From positions 537,447 to 601,446 of the forward strand of contig JAYPPT010000001.1 of the NCBI GenBank assembly GCA_038131655.1: a stretch of 64,000 bases of DNA, in the 5' to 3' direction. This document shows, one piece after another, positions 39,814-50,296 of this stretch. The notes under the pieces are model-generated. The model was not told the DNA's origin and ran no database searches. It saw only the letters and a list, made by a program, of their open reading frames with translations. This stretch comes from Alphaproteobacteria bacterium. Lineage in GTDB: Bacteria > Pseudomonadota > Alphaproteobacteria > SMXQ01. Numbering within the stretch: position 1 is the stretch's first letter; each line of letters starts with the position of its first letter. Both the position numbers and the translations under genes were made by a program.

Positions 39814-41544
39814 TTACGCCTGCGGTGCCGCCTGGGCGCCGCGCACCAGCCTGCCGGGCAGAACGCCGGTGGCCTCGCCCTCGTGGTAAACCGTTTCCCC
39901 GGAAACGATGGTGGCGACATAACCCCGCGCCTTCTGCAACAGGCGCTTGCCACCCTTTGGCAGGTCATGGACCATGTAGGGCCGCTCGATGGTCAGGCGG
40001 TCATGGTCGATGACGTTGATGTCGGCCTTGAATCCCGGCGCGATCACGCCCCGGTCGCCCAGCCCCACCACGGCGGCGGTGTCGCTGGTCATGCGCTTGA
40101 TCAGCCAGCTCAGGTCCAGCTTGCCCTCGCGCCGGTCGCGGCCCCAGTAGGTCAGCAGGAAGGTGGAAAAGCTGGTGTCGGAAATATGCGCGACATGGGC
40201 GCCACCATCGGCGACGGCGACCACAGCCAGCGGGTTTTCCATGATGTCGCGGCAGCCGTCGAGCGAGTAATTGCCGAAGCCCGAATTGGGGGCGAACAGC
40301 ATGGCGTGGCCTTCATCTTCCAAAAGCCAGTCGTAGGCCACCTCGAACGGGCTGATGCTGCGCGCCTTGGCGACGGCGGCGGCCGAGGTTTCGGGGGCGG
40401 GTGAATAATTCGGCGGGTCGCCGAAGGGGAACATGTAATTGAAGTTCTGTACCCGTGTGACCAGGAACGGGTCGGTATCGGACGCATCCTCCGCCAGCAG
40501 CTTTGTGCGGAAGGCCGCATCGCGCATGATCGCCACTTTTTTATCCAGCGGCTCGTCGGCGATGACCTTGTAGGACGGATGGAAACAGAACGGGTGGCGC
40601 GGCATGTCGAGGCCGAACAGCGTGCCCAGTGGGCGCGGCGTCGTCTGGGCGTGCATTACCAGCCCGTCGGTAACGGCCTGTTCCATCATGCCCATTGTGT
40701 GCCGCCATCCTTCGGGGTCGCGGATGCGTTGCAATACGGTTAGTGACAGCGGGCGGCCCGATTTTTCCGCCATGTAACGGGCGATGCCGAATTCGCGTTC
40801 GCGCTCCGCCGGATCGGGTCCGAGGTTCAGGATCATCTGCAGCACGCCGCGACCGGCATCGGTCAGGCCCATGGCGATGCCTGCCAGTTCTTCCTTGTCC
40901 GAACCCATGGAGGGAATCGGTTCACCCTTCGCGGTGCGATGGTTCTGCGACAGCGACGTGGTGAAGCCTATGGCGCCCGCCTTGACTGCTTCACAGGCCA
41001 GCTTGCGCATGGCGGCAATGTCGTCGGCGGTCGCGGCTTCGCGGTTCACGGCGCGTTCGCCCATGACGTAGACCCGCAGCGCCGAATGCGGCAACTGGGC
41101 GCAGACGTCCATGTCATGGGGGCGGCGTTCCAGCGCGTCTAGGTATTCGGGAAAGGACGACCACTCCCAACTCAGACCTTCGTGCATGGCATCGGCGGGA
41201 ATGTCCTCAACGCCTTCCATCAGTTCGATCAATAGTTCGTGGTCTGATTGGTGCACCGGCGCGAAGCCGACACCGCAATTACCCATCACCGTGGTGGTGA
41301 CCCCGTGCCAGCCGGACGACAATAGCCGGTCGTCCCACATCGCTTGGGCATCGTAATGGGAATGAATGTCGACGAAGCCTGGCGCCACCAGGTGGCCGCG
41401 CGCGTCGATTTCCTCGCGTCCCGAATCACTGACCTTGCCGACGGCGCTGATGCGGCCGTTATCAACGGCAATATCGGCCTCGACCAGGGGACTGCCCCGG
41501 CCGTCGGCGACGGTGCCGCCGCGAATGATGAGATCATGGGTCAT
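39814..41544 (-). CDS. D-aminoacylase-family amidohydrolase, paralog 2 (divergent)
   Basis: Start MTHDLIIRGGTVADG... at 41544. 576 aa. GFVDIHSHYD metal motif. About 35-40% identity to paralogs 1 and 3. Confidence 0.75.
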   Translation of the reverse strand: MTHDLIIRGGTVADGRGSPLVEADIAVDNGRISAVGKVSDSGREEIDARGHLVAPGFVDIHSHYDAQAMWDDRLLSSGWHGVTTTVMGNCGVGFAPVHQSDHELLIELMEGVEDIPADAMHEGLSWEWSSFPEYLDALERRPHDMDVCAQLPHSALRVYVMGERAVNREAATADDIAAMRKLACEAVKAGAIGFTTSLSQNHRTAKGEPIPSMGSDKEELAGIAMGLTDAGRGVLQMILNLGPDPAEREREFGIARYMAEKSGRPLSLTVLQRIRDPEGWRHTMGMMEQAVTDGLVMHAQTTPRPLGTLFGLDMPRHPFCFHPSYKVIADEPLDKKVAIMRDAAFRTKLLAEDASDTDPFLVTRVQNFNYMFPFGDPPNYSPAPETSAAAVAKARSISPFEVAYDWLLEDEGHAMLFAPNSGFGNYSLDGCRDIMENPLAVVAVADGGAHVAHISDTSFSTFLLTYWGRDRREGKLDLSWLIKRMTSDTAAVVGLGDRGVIAPGFKADINVIDHDRLTIERPYMVHDLPKGGKRLLQKARGYVATIVSGETVYHEGEATGVLPGRLVRGAQAAPQA

Positions 41545-41630
41545 CACTGTCTCCCTCGTTGCCGGCCGGTCACCCCGGCTCTTGGGGAAATTATAGGCCG
41601 GGGCCGGGGGCGGTGGTGGGGAAAATCGCC

Positions 41631-42275
41631 TCAGGGACGGCGGATGGGCGCGCCGGTGCGGGCCTGAAGATCGCCAAAGGCCAGGCCCGGCGCGCTTTCG
41701 CGCAGGACAAAGCCGTCCGTATCTATGTTGATCACCGCCAGCTCGGTATAGACGCGGCTGACAACGCCGCGCGACGTGGCGGGAAAGGTAATGTCCTCCA
41801 CCAGCTTGGGCTGGCCGTCCTTGGTGGTATGGGTCATCAGCACGAAAATCGCCTTGGCGCCGACCGACAGGTCCATGGCGCCGCCGACGGCGGGGATGGC
41901 GCCCGGCGCCCCGGTCGACCAGTTGGCGAGATCGCCCCGGCTGGAGACCTGAAGTGCCCCCATGACGCAAACGTCGATATGGCCGCCGCGAATCATGGCG
42001 AAGCTGTCGGCCTGGTGGAAGAAAGCGGCGCCCGGCACCGTGGTCACCGGTTTCTTGCCGGCGTTGATCAGTTCCAGGTCGATCGCGTTGGCGGCCGGGG
42101 ACGGGCCCATGCCCAAAAGGCCGTTCTCGCTGTGGAACACCAGTTCCTTGCCTTCGGGGATGAAGTTGGCCACCGCTTCGGGCCGCCCGATGCCGAGATT
42201 GACGAAACTGCCGTCGGGAATATCGGCGGCGACACGGCGTGCGATTTCATCCGGGGTCCAGCCTTCGGCGCTCAT
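41631..42275 (-). CDS. 3-oxoacid CoA-transferase family I, subunit B
   Basis: Start MSAEGWTPDEIARRVA... Subunit-B fold (...CVMGALQVS..., catalytic Glu region). Overlaps the subunit A stop (TCAT). Confidence 0.8.
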   Translation of the reverse strand: MSAEGWTPDEIARRVAADIPDGSFVNLGIGRPEAVANFIPEGKELVFHSENGLLGMGPSPAANAIDLELINAGKKPVTTVPGAAFFHQADSFAMIRGGHIDVCVMGALQVSSRGDLANWSTGAPGAIPAVGGAMDLSVGAKAIFVLMTHTTKDGQPKLVEDITFPATSRGVVSRVYTELAVINIDTDGFVLRESAPGLAFGDLQARTGAPIRRP

Positions 42276-43024
42276 TGCGGCACCCTCTTGATGCCCTGGT
42301 TGATCAGAGTGGTTTCGTCCGCCGGGTCGGGCACTTCCACCACGCGGCCGACGAAGATCGACGGCGTGATGACGTGTTCGGGATCGATGTCGCCCAGTTC
42401 CACCAGGCGGCGCACCTGGACGATGGCCTGATCGGCGGCCATGCACATGATCGGGCCGAAGTTGCGCGCCGTCTTGTTGTAGGCGAGGTTGCCCCAACGG
42501 TCGGCGCGTTCCGCCTTGACCAGCGCCACGTCGCCGCGAATGGCGGTCTCCAGCACATGGGGCCGGCCCGCGAAGTCGCGCACTTCCTTGCCCTCCTGCA
42601 ACGGCGTTCCGGCGGAGGTGCGGGTGTAGAAAGCGGGGATTCCGGCGCCGCCGGCGCGGATGCGTTCGGCCAGCGTGCCCTGTGGCACCAGTTCCAGCTC
42701 GATTTCACCTGCTTTGAATTGCTCGTCGAAGACCACCGAATTGGATGAACGCGGGAAGGAGCAGACCATCCTGGCCACGCGCCGCGCCTCGATCAGCGCC
42801 GCCAGGCCGACATGGCCGTTGCCGGCGTTGTTGCTGACCACCGTAAGGTTGCGCGCGCCCTGGTCGAGCAGCGCATGGACCAGCTCGATGGGGCTGCCCG
42901 CTTCGCCGAAGCCGCCGATCAGGATGGTGGCCCCGTCGCGGATATCCGCAACGGCATCCCCGACGAAATTGATGCGCTTGTCGATCAAGGGGTTACTGTC
43001 CTGGGTCGTAAGGTTGGCCTTCAT
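42272..43024 (-). CDS. 3-oxoacid CoA-transferase family I, subunit A
   Basis: ...ILIGGFGEAGSPIELVHAL... and ...NNAGNGHVGL... motifs. 250 aa. Confidence 0.8.
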   Translation of the reverse strand: MKANLTTQDSNPLIDKRINFVGDAVADIRDGATILIGGFGEAGSPIELVHALLDQGARNLTVVSNNAGNGHVGLAALIEARRVARMVCSFPRSSNSVVFDEQFKAGEIELELVPQGTLAERIRAGGAGIPAFYTRTSAGTPLQEGKEVRDFAGRPHVLETAIRGDVALVKAERADRWGNLAYNKTARNFGPIMCMAADQAIVQVRRLVELGDIDPEHVITPSIFVGRVVEVPDPADETTLINQGIKRVPQ

Positions 43025-43072
43025 TTTACGGCGTCAACCTGGCCAAGGCCATAGCCTCGCGGCAAATCAAAA

Positions 43073-44137
43073 TCACGCGGCGTCGGCTTCCAGCGGCGCC
43101 TTGGGGCGATAGCCCGCGACCTCGATCCCGGAGAATCCCTCGCGCACCAGTTGCGGCACCGGGCGGCAGCCGGGGTCCGATAGCCACAGGCGCAGCAGGT
43201 GGCGCTTTTCCTCGGGCTGTTCCCAGTCTTCGAAGGGGCGCCGCGTATGCAGCATCACGTGATTGGACAGTATCTGGAAATCCCCCGCCTCGAACGGCAC
43301 GTCGGCGGCCAGTTCCTGGGTGAGCGCACGAAACAGCTCGATGGCTTCGCACTGGGCCGGGGTGAAGGGGGGTACGCCCGGCAAGGCCTGGGCCTTGAGG
43401 ATATGCGACGAAATGCCGCGTCCCGAAAAATAGCCGTCAACAAACGAAAACACTGGCATGCGGTAGAACGGTTCCTCGCCAGGCGCAACTTCGCCGTGAC
43501 GGGTCCAGCAAAAATCTTGGGTCAGTTCCGCTACCAGGTCGGGGCGGAGACGCAACATTTGATTGTAGATGTTGACCGAACTGACGATGCGACTGGCGCC
43601 GCCTGAGCGCGCCGTGCGAAGGCACATCAGCGAAACGTAATCGCATGGATCGGTGTGGAAGCCCATTGCCGCCGCCGTCTGGTAGCCGCGCGCCTTGGGG
43701 TCGTCGTAATCAAAACCCAGGTCCTTGACGTGCCCCAGAACGTGCCCCGCCGCGTTTTGCGACAGGCGCGCCCCGAAATAGGTGCCCATGCCGAGGAAGG
43801 CCACCGCCGCCTGGCGACGGTTCAGGTCCCCCACGGGCAGGCCGCGCAATTGCACGAGACCGCTGCCGTCCCCGAGCTGGCGATGAATTTCGCCCAGCAC
43901 CGGCCCGGCGACGGGCAGGGGGAAATCATCGCGGGTAATCTCTGTCAGCGCGATGTCACTCGCTTCCAGCCGTTTCGCGGCTTCGACGATGTCGGCGGCC
44001 TCGTCGTTGTTCAGCCGCATCACCCACGGCGCGGTTTCGCGAAAATCGGCTGCGGTCCAGCCGGCGGGATCGATAATCGGCTGCATCGCGACGGCGGGCA
44101 CCCGTTGCCCGCCGCTGGATGAAGGACTCGCGCTCAT
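43073..44137 (-). CDS. TauD/TfdA-family Fe(II)/2-oxoglutarate dioxygenase
   Basis: Start MSASPSSSGG... at 44137. FHTD iron-binding motif and C-terminal HTR. 354 aa. Confidence 0.7.
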   Translation of the reverse strand: MSASPSSSGGQRVPAVAMQPIIDPAGWTAADFRETAPWVMRLNNDEAADIVEAAKRLEASDIALTEITRDDFPLPVAGPVLGEIHRQLGDGSGLVQLRGLPVGDLNRRQAAVAFLGMGTYFGARLSQNAAGHVLGHVKDLGFDYDDPKARGYQTAAAMGFHTDPCDYVSLMCLRTARSGGASRIVSSVNIYNQMLRLRPDLVAELTQDFCWTRHGEVAPGEEPFYRMPVFSFVDGYFSGRGISSHILKAQALPGVPPFTPAQCEAIELFRALTQELAADVPFEAGDFQILSNHVMLHTRRPFEDWEQPEEKRHLLRLWLSDPGCRPVPQLVREGFSGIEVAGYRPKAPLEADAA

Positions 44138-44150
44138 CAATGCGTCTCCG

Positions 44151-45230
44151 TTACTTCTTTTTTGCTTTCTTCTTTTTCTTCTTCGCAGCCTTGAGCTGGC
44201 GCTGGCCGACGTTGACGATCTCCTGCACGCGGGCGACGACATCCGCCGGTGTCTTGTAGATTTCGTCGATCAAAGCAGTCATCTCCGATGCTTTCAGCGG
44301 CTCGATCTGAAGCCGCCGCTTCTTCGCGTCGGCAAGGAAGGCCTTGTCGTACATGGTGGCATCGAAGGCATCACGCAGCGCCTTGACGCGGTCGGCGGGC
44401 AGGCCCGGCGGGGCGACGTAGGGCCGCGCAAAATCCTGGCGGGCGAACGACAGCATCAGCGCCTGGCGGTCGGCCTCGGTTTTTGCCAGGCTCATCATTA
44501 CCGGCACATTGGGCAATTCTGGGTGCGGCTTAACGGTGTACTGGACGAAGACGCGAATTTTCTTGTCGCGCAGCCAATCGGGATGCTGGGTCTTGATCGA
44601 CGACCAGGTGGTCCCGGCGTTGCCCTGGACTTCGCCGCGTTCCATCGCCAGGGCGATTTCCTTAGTGCCGCTGTAACCCGCGATGATCTTGAACTTGGTG
44701 CCGAGAATGGCATTGGCCAGCATCGGGAAATCCCAGGTGGCGCCGCCCGACGCGCCGACGATCATTGTCTTTGTCAGGACATCGTTGAGGGTTTGCACCG
44801 GTGAAGTATGCCAGACCATGCCCGCTTGCGAATCCCGCGTGGCGCTGCCGATCCAGTTGAACTTGCGCGCATTGAACTTGACCAGACTGGGATTCATCAG
44901 CGGTTCCGCCGGAATGCCCGAGAACACGGCCGCCATCGTTGTGCCATCCTTCGGCGCGATATTGTAAAGGTAGTTAGCCGCCTTGCGGCTGGATCCGCCG
45001 GGCATGTTCTGCACGACATAGCCGGGCTTGCCCGGAATGAAGTTGCCCATGTGACGCGCGATGGTGCGGGCATAAGTATCGTAGCCGCCGCCGGCGGACG
45101 AACCGACAACAAGCTTGATCTGCTTGCCCTTGTAGAACGATTGCAGGTCTTCGGCTGTGGCCGGTCCGGCGGCGGCCAGCGCTGTGGCGGCGAAAGCAAC
45201 ACAAAATCTACGGACGCTGTGACGGGTCAT
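44151..45230 (-). CDS. Tripartite tricarboxylate transporter substrate-binding protein (Bug/TctC family) with a poly-lysine C-terminal tail
   Basis: Signal peptide (MTRHSVRRFCVAFAATALAAAGPATA), KQIKLVVGSSAGGGYDTYARTIARHMG...VVQNMPGG Bug-family core, AAGGAGG ribosome-binding site. The C-terminus ends LKAAKKKKKKAKKK. No tctA/tctB nearby. Confidence 0.65.
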   Translation of the reverse strand: MTRHSVRRFCVAFAATALAAAGPATAEDLQSFYKGKQIKLVVGSSAGGGYDTYARTIARHMGNFIPGKPGYVVQNMPGGSSRKAANYLYNIAPKDGTTMAAVFSGIPAEPLMNPSLVKFNARKFNWIGSATRDSQAGMVWHTSPVQTLNDVLTKTMIVGASGGATWDFPMLANAILGTKFKIIAGYSGTKEIALAMERGEVQGNAGTTWSSIKTQHPDWLRDKKIRVFVQYTVKPHPELPNVPVMMSLAKTEADRQALMLSFARQDFARPYVAPPGLPADRVKALRDAFDATMYDKAFLADAKKRRLQIEPLKASEMTALIDEIYKTPADVVARVQEIVNVGQRQLKAAKKKKKKAKKK

Positions 45231-45368
45231 ATCGGCCTCCTTCGGCGGTGGTGGGGGCATTGCTGTCTTGATTCCGCGGCGCCCCGGGCCGGGCAGTTGA
45301 CGAAATGATAGGCCCGGAACCGGGCGGCGCAAACGGGATTCGCGTGGCCGGGTCGGCCCCCGTCGGGG

Positions 45369-46136
45369 CTAGACCTGGTCCACGAAATCCTGGGGTTTCA
45401 GGTCGGCGCGCGGGTAGGTAAAGGGGCTTTGGCGCATGCCGTGGGCCACGCAGGCCTCGGCGAAGCGGATGGAAACTGCCTTGGTATTGAACACCGGCAC
45501 ACCGGCGCCCGCTTCCAGGTCCTTGGGGTCGACCACGTAGGGAATGATGGCGCCGCCGAGCGGGATGACCGCTTCCGCCCCGGTGTCGCGCACCAGGTCC
45601 TTGATCAGGGCGACGGACTTTTCCGTAATTTCGTCCCGGCGCTTGTCGAGATCGGGTCCATAGATATGAATGGTGCGAATATCGGTGACCATGTGGTCCA
45701 TGCCGATCTGGCGCAACAGCCGCCATGTATAGGGAATGTGCGAGCGCAGGGGCACGGTGATGCCGATGCGATCAGCCAGGATCGCGGCGGCATGGATGGT
45801 GGTGCGCAGCGGTCCGATCACCGGGATTTTCACCACCAGCCGTCCGCCGTCGACACCGGGATCGAAGGTGTTGGACTGGATCACCGCGTCATAGCCGTTG
45901 GCCTCGGCCCAGATGATTTTGCGGATCAGCGCCGGCACATCCATCATGTGATCGAGGCCGTTGAGCATCTGCTGGTTCCCGAGCTGGTTTTCTACCTGGG
46001 AGCCAGCAAAATTGTCGGGGAAGCCGATTTCCACCTTAGTTCCGGGTGAAGCATAGGAATTGAGCAGCTTCTCGATCCCGGTCACGTTGTAGTGAGCGGA
46101 ATCCTTCGGGGCCTTGTTCAGAAACAGGATACGCAT
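45369..46136 (-). CDS. Asp/Glu/hydantoin racemase superfamily protein
   Basis: 255 aa, two-domain racemase fold (...DAVIQSNTFDPG..., ...AVIPLGGAIIP...). Specific function unknown. Confidence 0.7.
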   Translation of the reverse strand: MRILFLNKAPKDSAHYNVTGIEKLLNSYASPGTKVEIGFPDNFAGSQVENQLGNQQMLNGLDHMMDVPALIRKIIWAEANGYDAVIQSNTFDPGVDGGRLVVKIPVIGPLRTTIHAAAILADRIGITVPLRSHIPYTWRLLRQIGMDHMVTDIRTIHIYGPDLDKRRDEITEKSVALIKDLVRDTGAEAVIPLGGAIIPYVVDPKDLEAGAGVPVFNTKAVSIRFAEACVAHGMRQSPFTYPRADLKPQDFVDQV

Positions 46137-46190
46137 TGTGTCCTCCCTATCGCGGGGACCGTATCGTCCCCGTCTTTGTTAATCGCTAGG

Positions 46191-47591
46191 TTAGTTTGCG
46201 ACAGGTGCCACCAGGTCGTCCATCAGGGTAGAAATCGAATCCAGGCCGTCGAGCGCCAGCGCATTGGCGCGAATGCGTGCCTGGCGGTCGGGGTCGAGAA
46301 GTCCCGTGGTGATCTTGTCGAACTTCGCCGTCACCGAGTCGCGCGGGATGCCGCCGTGGCTCATGCCGGGCGCTTCTAGCGCCTCGCTCTCCAGCACGTC
46401 GCCGTCGGTCATCGAGACGCGAATGCGGACGGGATAGCTTTTCGGCGCACGTGCCGTCAGTTCGGCGTCGGTATCGAAAGTCATCTTTGCCATCAGAGCG
46501 CGAATGGCCGGTTCCATCCAGCGCTCGTTGTCGTACTGGCGCGGGGTCAGGGTGCCGTCGGCCAGTGTGACCGCTGCGATAAAGGGAAAGGAATGGTCGG
46601 CGGATTCGCGTGAGCGCGGGTCCAGCCTGCCCGGATCGGTCTGCTGGCGCCGGATCACGGCGCTGTCGGCCATCGAGATTGTGATCGAGCTGACAGCGTC
46701 GAATCTTCCCTCAATCTTCGCCGCCAGCGGCTCCGCCGCCGCGGCCACCGTCTGCCCGGTAGCAAGGCACGGGTAGGCCTTGATCGAAGCGGCAATCATC
46801 GCGCAGGGGGCGGTCATGGGCCGGGCCAGGATATCGCCCGCCTCCTCAAAGGCCAGCAGCGCGCCGAGGCCGCGCGTATGCTCCACCACTTCCATCGGCC
46901 CGGTCATGCCGTGGGTCGCCAGTACTGCCGCCTCGACGGCGGATTTCGTGATCATGGCGTTGGCAAGATACTTGGCCGATGAAATATCCCCGGCGCGGAC
47001 GACACCTGGGGTCACGCAGCGGCTGGCGGCGAGCGCAATGGCATGAGCGGTCCGGTCCTCATCAAGCCCCATCAGCCGCGCTGCCGTTGCCGCCACCGCG
47101 AAGGCCGAGACGCTGGTGGTATCCCAGCCGCCGGTGCGGTTCATCATGGTGTTGAGCCGGGTATAGATTTCATAACAGGCGGCGATGGCACCGATGGTTT
47201 CCAGTCCCGATGCGCCCTGCCACTCCGCTACCGCGAGCAGGGGGCCGATATTGTCCGACGGATGCCCGCCGACCGACGCGCCCTTGGCGCCGTGGTCCAT
47301 GAGAAAATCGTTGAGGTCGAGAAAGCGCAACAGCGCGCCGTTGGCCAGCGCCGCATTGGCCGCCGATGTCCTGGCGCCGCGCCCGATCAGCGTCGCCTGC
47401 GGCGCACCGCCCAGGCTTTCCACCGCCGCCATGACGTGTAGCGCTTCATCTTCCGCCAGTGCCGCGATGGCGCAGCCGATTGTGTCGAGGACCAAGTGCC
47501 CGGCCTGTACCCGGGCCGCTTCGGGCAGTGACGCGGCATCGAAATGGTGTACCCATTCGGCAATCTGGCGCACCCGCGTGGGCGTGGACAT
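46191..47591 (-). CDS. MmgE/PrpD-family protein (2-methylcitrate dehydratase superfamily)
   Basis: 466 aa. N- and C-terminal PrpD domains (...VLDTIGCAIAA..., ...AYPCLATGQT...). Confidence 0.8.
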   Translation of the reverse strand: MSTPTRVRQIAEWVHHFDAASLPEAARVQAGHLVLDTIGCAIAALAEDEALHVMAAVESLGGAPQATLIGRGARTSAANAALANGALLRFLDLNDFLMDHGAKGASVGGHPSDNIGPLLAVAEWQGASGLETIGAIAACYEIYTRLNTMMNRTGGWDTTSVSAFAVAATAARLMGLDEDRTAHAIALAASRCVTPGVVRAGDISSAKYLANAMITKSAVEAAVLATHGMTGPMEVVEHTRGLGALLAFEEAGDILARPMTAPCAMIAASIKAYPCLATGQTVAAAAEPLAAKIEGRFDAVSSITISMADSAVIRRQQTDPGRLDPRSRESADHSFPFIAAVTLADGTLTPRQYDNERWMEPAIRALMAKMTFDTDAELTARAPKSYPVRIRVSMTDGDVLESEALEAPGMSHGGIPRDSVTAKFDKITTGLLDPDRQARIRANALALDGLDSISTLMDDLVAPVAN

Positions 47592-47747
47592 GACGCGGTC
47601 TCTCCCCGGTGAATGACAGGCGTTTGGCCGCCCTTGGTGTTTTCGGCCTCATTGTGCAGAACCGGGCGGCGCCTGTCACAGGTTTTGCGCCATTGGCGCC
47701 GCACCGATGGTGCGGCTAGACTGGCGGCGGAAGGAAGGGGGGCTTTC

Positions 47748-48881
47748 GTGTCCGGCGACATCGTCACGCGCGACCATTGGGTCACGCATGTTTCCACCGT
47801 ACCGGCCATCGCCGGGGAAACCATGCGCCAGTTCGTGCGCGAAAAGGCGTCGGCCGCCCTGATCGGTTCCGCCACGGCCCACGCCCCGGAAGGCAGGGTC
47901 GTGCTCATGGTGCATGGCGGCTTCTGGCCCTCCACCGCGGCCTTCGACCTTCCCTTTCCCGACATGAGCTGGATGGAGGCCCTGGCTCGCGAAGGCTTCG
48001 ATGTCTTCACCCTGGACATGACCGGCCACGGACGCTCGGCGCTGGCGCTGCAGGAAGACCCGCGCAATCTCTCGCCCGCCGACCGGGCTGCGCTGGCCCC
48101 GGGTATCCTGGACGCAGCCCACGCCGATGCCCCGGCGCCGTATCCATTCGAGCTGGTGACCAGCGACACGGAGAGCGCCGATCTCGACGCCGTGGTGGAT
48201 TTCATCTGCGCCCTGCGCGGGGTGGACAGGGTCAAGCTGCTGGGTTGGTCCGGCGGCGGCATCCGCACTGGCACCTATGCCCTGCGCCACCCCGAAAAGG
48301 TGGAAAGCCTGGTGATCTGGGCATCGTCGAATTATCTGGCCGACGGGCCGGACCATGCGCCCGCCGATCTTCCGGTGGGGGGATACCCGATGCTGTTTCA
48401 GACTCGCGATCATGGCGAGAACGTGCGCTGGCGGGCCAATATCCGCTGCCCCGGCCAGGTCGCCGACGACGCGATCTTCGACGCCGTGTGGCGCGCCGGT
48501 GCCGAGGCCGATCCCGTCGGCGCACGCTGGGGCGGCTTGCGCGGGCCGAGCCGCAGTTACTGGGGCTGGACCGCGCGCGGCGCAGCGCGGCTGAACCTGC
48601 CCGTCCTGGTGATGGTCGGCGAATGCGACCGTTTGCTCGCCAACAATATTCGCCTGTTCAACGACATCGGCACCGGCCACAAGGCCTATCTGCAGATCGC
48701 TTGCGGCTCGCACTTCATGATGTGGGAAGAATCCCGCCATGCCCAGCGTGCGGCGGCGCTGGAATGGCTCAGCGATGCCACCTTGCAAGGGGCCAGCCGC
48801 GGCACCTTCCGCGCCGATGAACAGGGCCGGGTTGATGCCGCGGTGCCCAGGCCGCCGCCGCCGGAAATCGCCGGCACCTGA
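47748..48881 (+). CDS. Alpha/beta-fold hydrolase
   Basis: GTG start after GAAGGAAGGGGGG. ...LMVHGGFW..., LLGWSGGG nucleophile elbow, C-terminal GSHFMMWE histidine motif. Confidence 0.65.
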   Translation: MSGDIVTRDHWVTHVSTVPAIAGETMRQFVREKASAALIGSATAHAPEGRVVLMVHGGFWPSTAAFDLPFPDMSWMEALAREGFDVFTLDMTGHGRSALALQEDPRNLSPADRAALAPGILDAAHADAPAPYPFELVTSDTESADLDAVVDFICALRGVDRVKLLGWSGGGIRTGTYALRHPEKVESLVIWASSNYLADGPDHAPADLPVGGYPMLFQTRDHGENVRWRANIRCPGQVADDAIFDAVWRAGAEADPVGARWGGLRGPSRSYWGWTARGAARLNLPVLVMVGECDRLLANNIRLFNDIGTGHKAYLQIACGSHFMMWEESRHAQRAAALEWLSDATLQGASRGTFRADEQGRVDAAVPRPPPPEIAGT

Positions 48882-48990
48882 GGGCCGAGGGGCGGAATTG
48901 CAGGTCGCCGTGGAGCGGCGTAATATGGTCGCCCGCCACCGCCCAGCCGGGGGCGAACCGCGCCAGCAACGATCAAGGACAGGCCAGCCC

Positions 48991-50214
48991 ATGGATGCTT
49001 CCGTAACCGCCGCCCAGACCCGCCAGGATTACAAGATCCTCGGCCTGATCTCGACCGGCCATTTCATGAGCCATTTCTACTTCCTGGTGCTGCCGCCGCT
49101 GTTCCCCTTCCTGCGCGCCGAATTTGGCGTCAGCTACACGGAACTGGGCATGCTGATGACCGCGATCTACGCGTCTTCGGCCGTGAGCCAGGTGCCGGTC
49201 GGCTTCATGGTGGACCGCTACGGCGCGCGCGTTGTGCTGACCTTCGGCCTGATCATGATGGCGGTGGGCTTCGGCGCCATGGGGCTGGTCAGCAATTTCT
49301 GGCTTCTGGTCATGCTCGGCATTATCGCGGCGACGGGCAACAGCGTGTTCCACCCGGCGGATTACGCCATTCTCAATTCCTCGATCAGTCCCAACCGCAT
49401 GGGCCGGGCCTTTTCGATCCATACCTTCGCCGGGCACCTTGGCTCCGCCGTGGCGCCGATCACCATCATCTTCGCCGCCGCCCAGTTCGGCTGGCGCGGC
49501 GCGTGTATCGCCGCCGGATCCTTCGGCATCCTGGTCATGCTCGGCCTCGCGACCCAGTGGGGCAGCCTGCATGACGACGCCCTGCCAAAGAAAAAGAAAG
49601 AGGGCGACAAGGCCGCTGAGCCCGCGCCGACCACGGAGAAAAGCGGCCTGGCGCTGCTGTTCAGCCCGGCGATGATCACCTTCTTCCTGTTTTTCATGGC
49701 GCTGTCGATGACGTCGAGCGGCATGTCGGCGTTCTTCGTGTCGTCGATTATCGCCGTTCATGCGACGCCGCTTGAAACCGCTTCGACCGCGCTGACGGCT
49801 TACCTGTTCTGTTCGGCGCTCGGCATCCTGCTTGGCGGCGAAATCGCAGACCGCACCAAGCGCCACGATCTTGTCGCCGGGGCGTCGTTCATTCTTTTTG
49901 CCGCCGTCTCCTTGCTAGTCGCCATGTTCAACATGCCGGCCTTCTTCCTGTTCGCACTTATGGTGGTCAGCGGTATCGGCAACGGCATCATCCGGCCCGC
50001 GCGTGACATGATGTTGCGTGCGGCGGCGCCCAAGGGTTCCACCGGTAAGGTCTTCGGCTTTGTGTCCGCCGGCATCGCCGCAGGTAGCGCCGTGGCACCC
50101 ATCCCGTTCGGTTACATGATCGACATCGGCAAGCCCGAATGGGTGTTTTACCTGATGGCTATTTTCATGGTCATCGCGCTCGCAACTGTCGCGGTTCCCA
50201 AAAACATAAAATAG
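48991..50214 (+). CDS. MFS transporter
   Basis: Start MDASVTAAQTRQDYKILGL... 12 TM helices, 407 aa. The central loop carries KKKKEGDK. Confidence 0.8.
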   Translation: MDASVTAAQTRQDYKILGLISTGHFMSHFYFLVLPPLFPFLRAEFGVSYTELGMLMTAIYASSAVSQVPVGFMVDRYGARVVLTFGLIMMAVGFGAMGLVSNFWLLVMLGIIAATGNSVFHPADYAILNSSISPNRMGRAFSIHTFAGHLGSAVAPITIIFAAAQFGWRGACIAAGSFGILVMLGLATQWGSLHDDALPKKKKEGDKAAEPAPTTEKSGLALLFSPAMITFFLFFMALSMTSSGMSAFFVSSIIAVHATPLETASTALTAYLFCSALGILLGGEIADRTKRHDLVAGASFILFAAVSLLVAMFNMPAFFLFALMVVSGIGNGIIRPARDMMLRAAAPKGSTGKVFGFVSAGIAAGSAVAPIPFGYMIDIGKPEWVFYLMAIFMVIALATVAVPKNIK

Positions 50215-50296
50215 CCGCACGGTAATCTGTCAACACTCCGGCCCTTGCGGCCGGAACAGGAAGGGGGGTCGCGGGTTGCGCCGCGGGCGTTCGCAT

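Noticed and set aside
2821-45332. Long N-terminal extensions of several tracked ORFs (alpha/beta hydrolase to 4065, amidohydrolase paralog 2 to 41970, TauD to 44242, TctC to 45332, GT9 from 4405)
   Set aside because: The extensions are Arg/Gly/Pro-rich, lack ribosome-binding sites and overlap neighbouring genes. Internal Met or Val starts with good ribosome-binding sites and family-typical N-termini were chosen instead.
47387-49866. Overlapping antisense ORFs (295, 438 and 297 aa) across the alpha/beta hydrolase and MFS genes
   Set aside because: Arg/Gly/Pro-rich low-complexity translations opposite well-supported genes. Treated as GC-driven artefacts.
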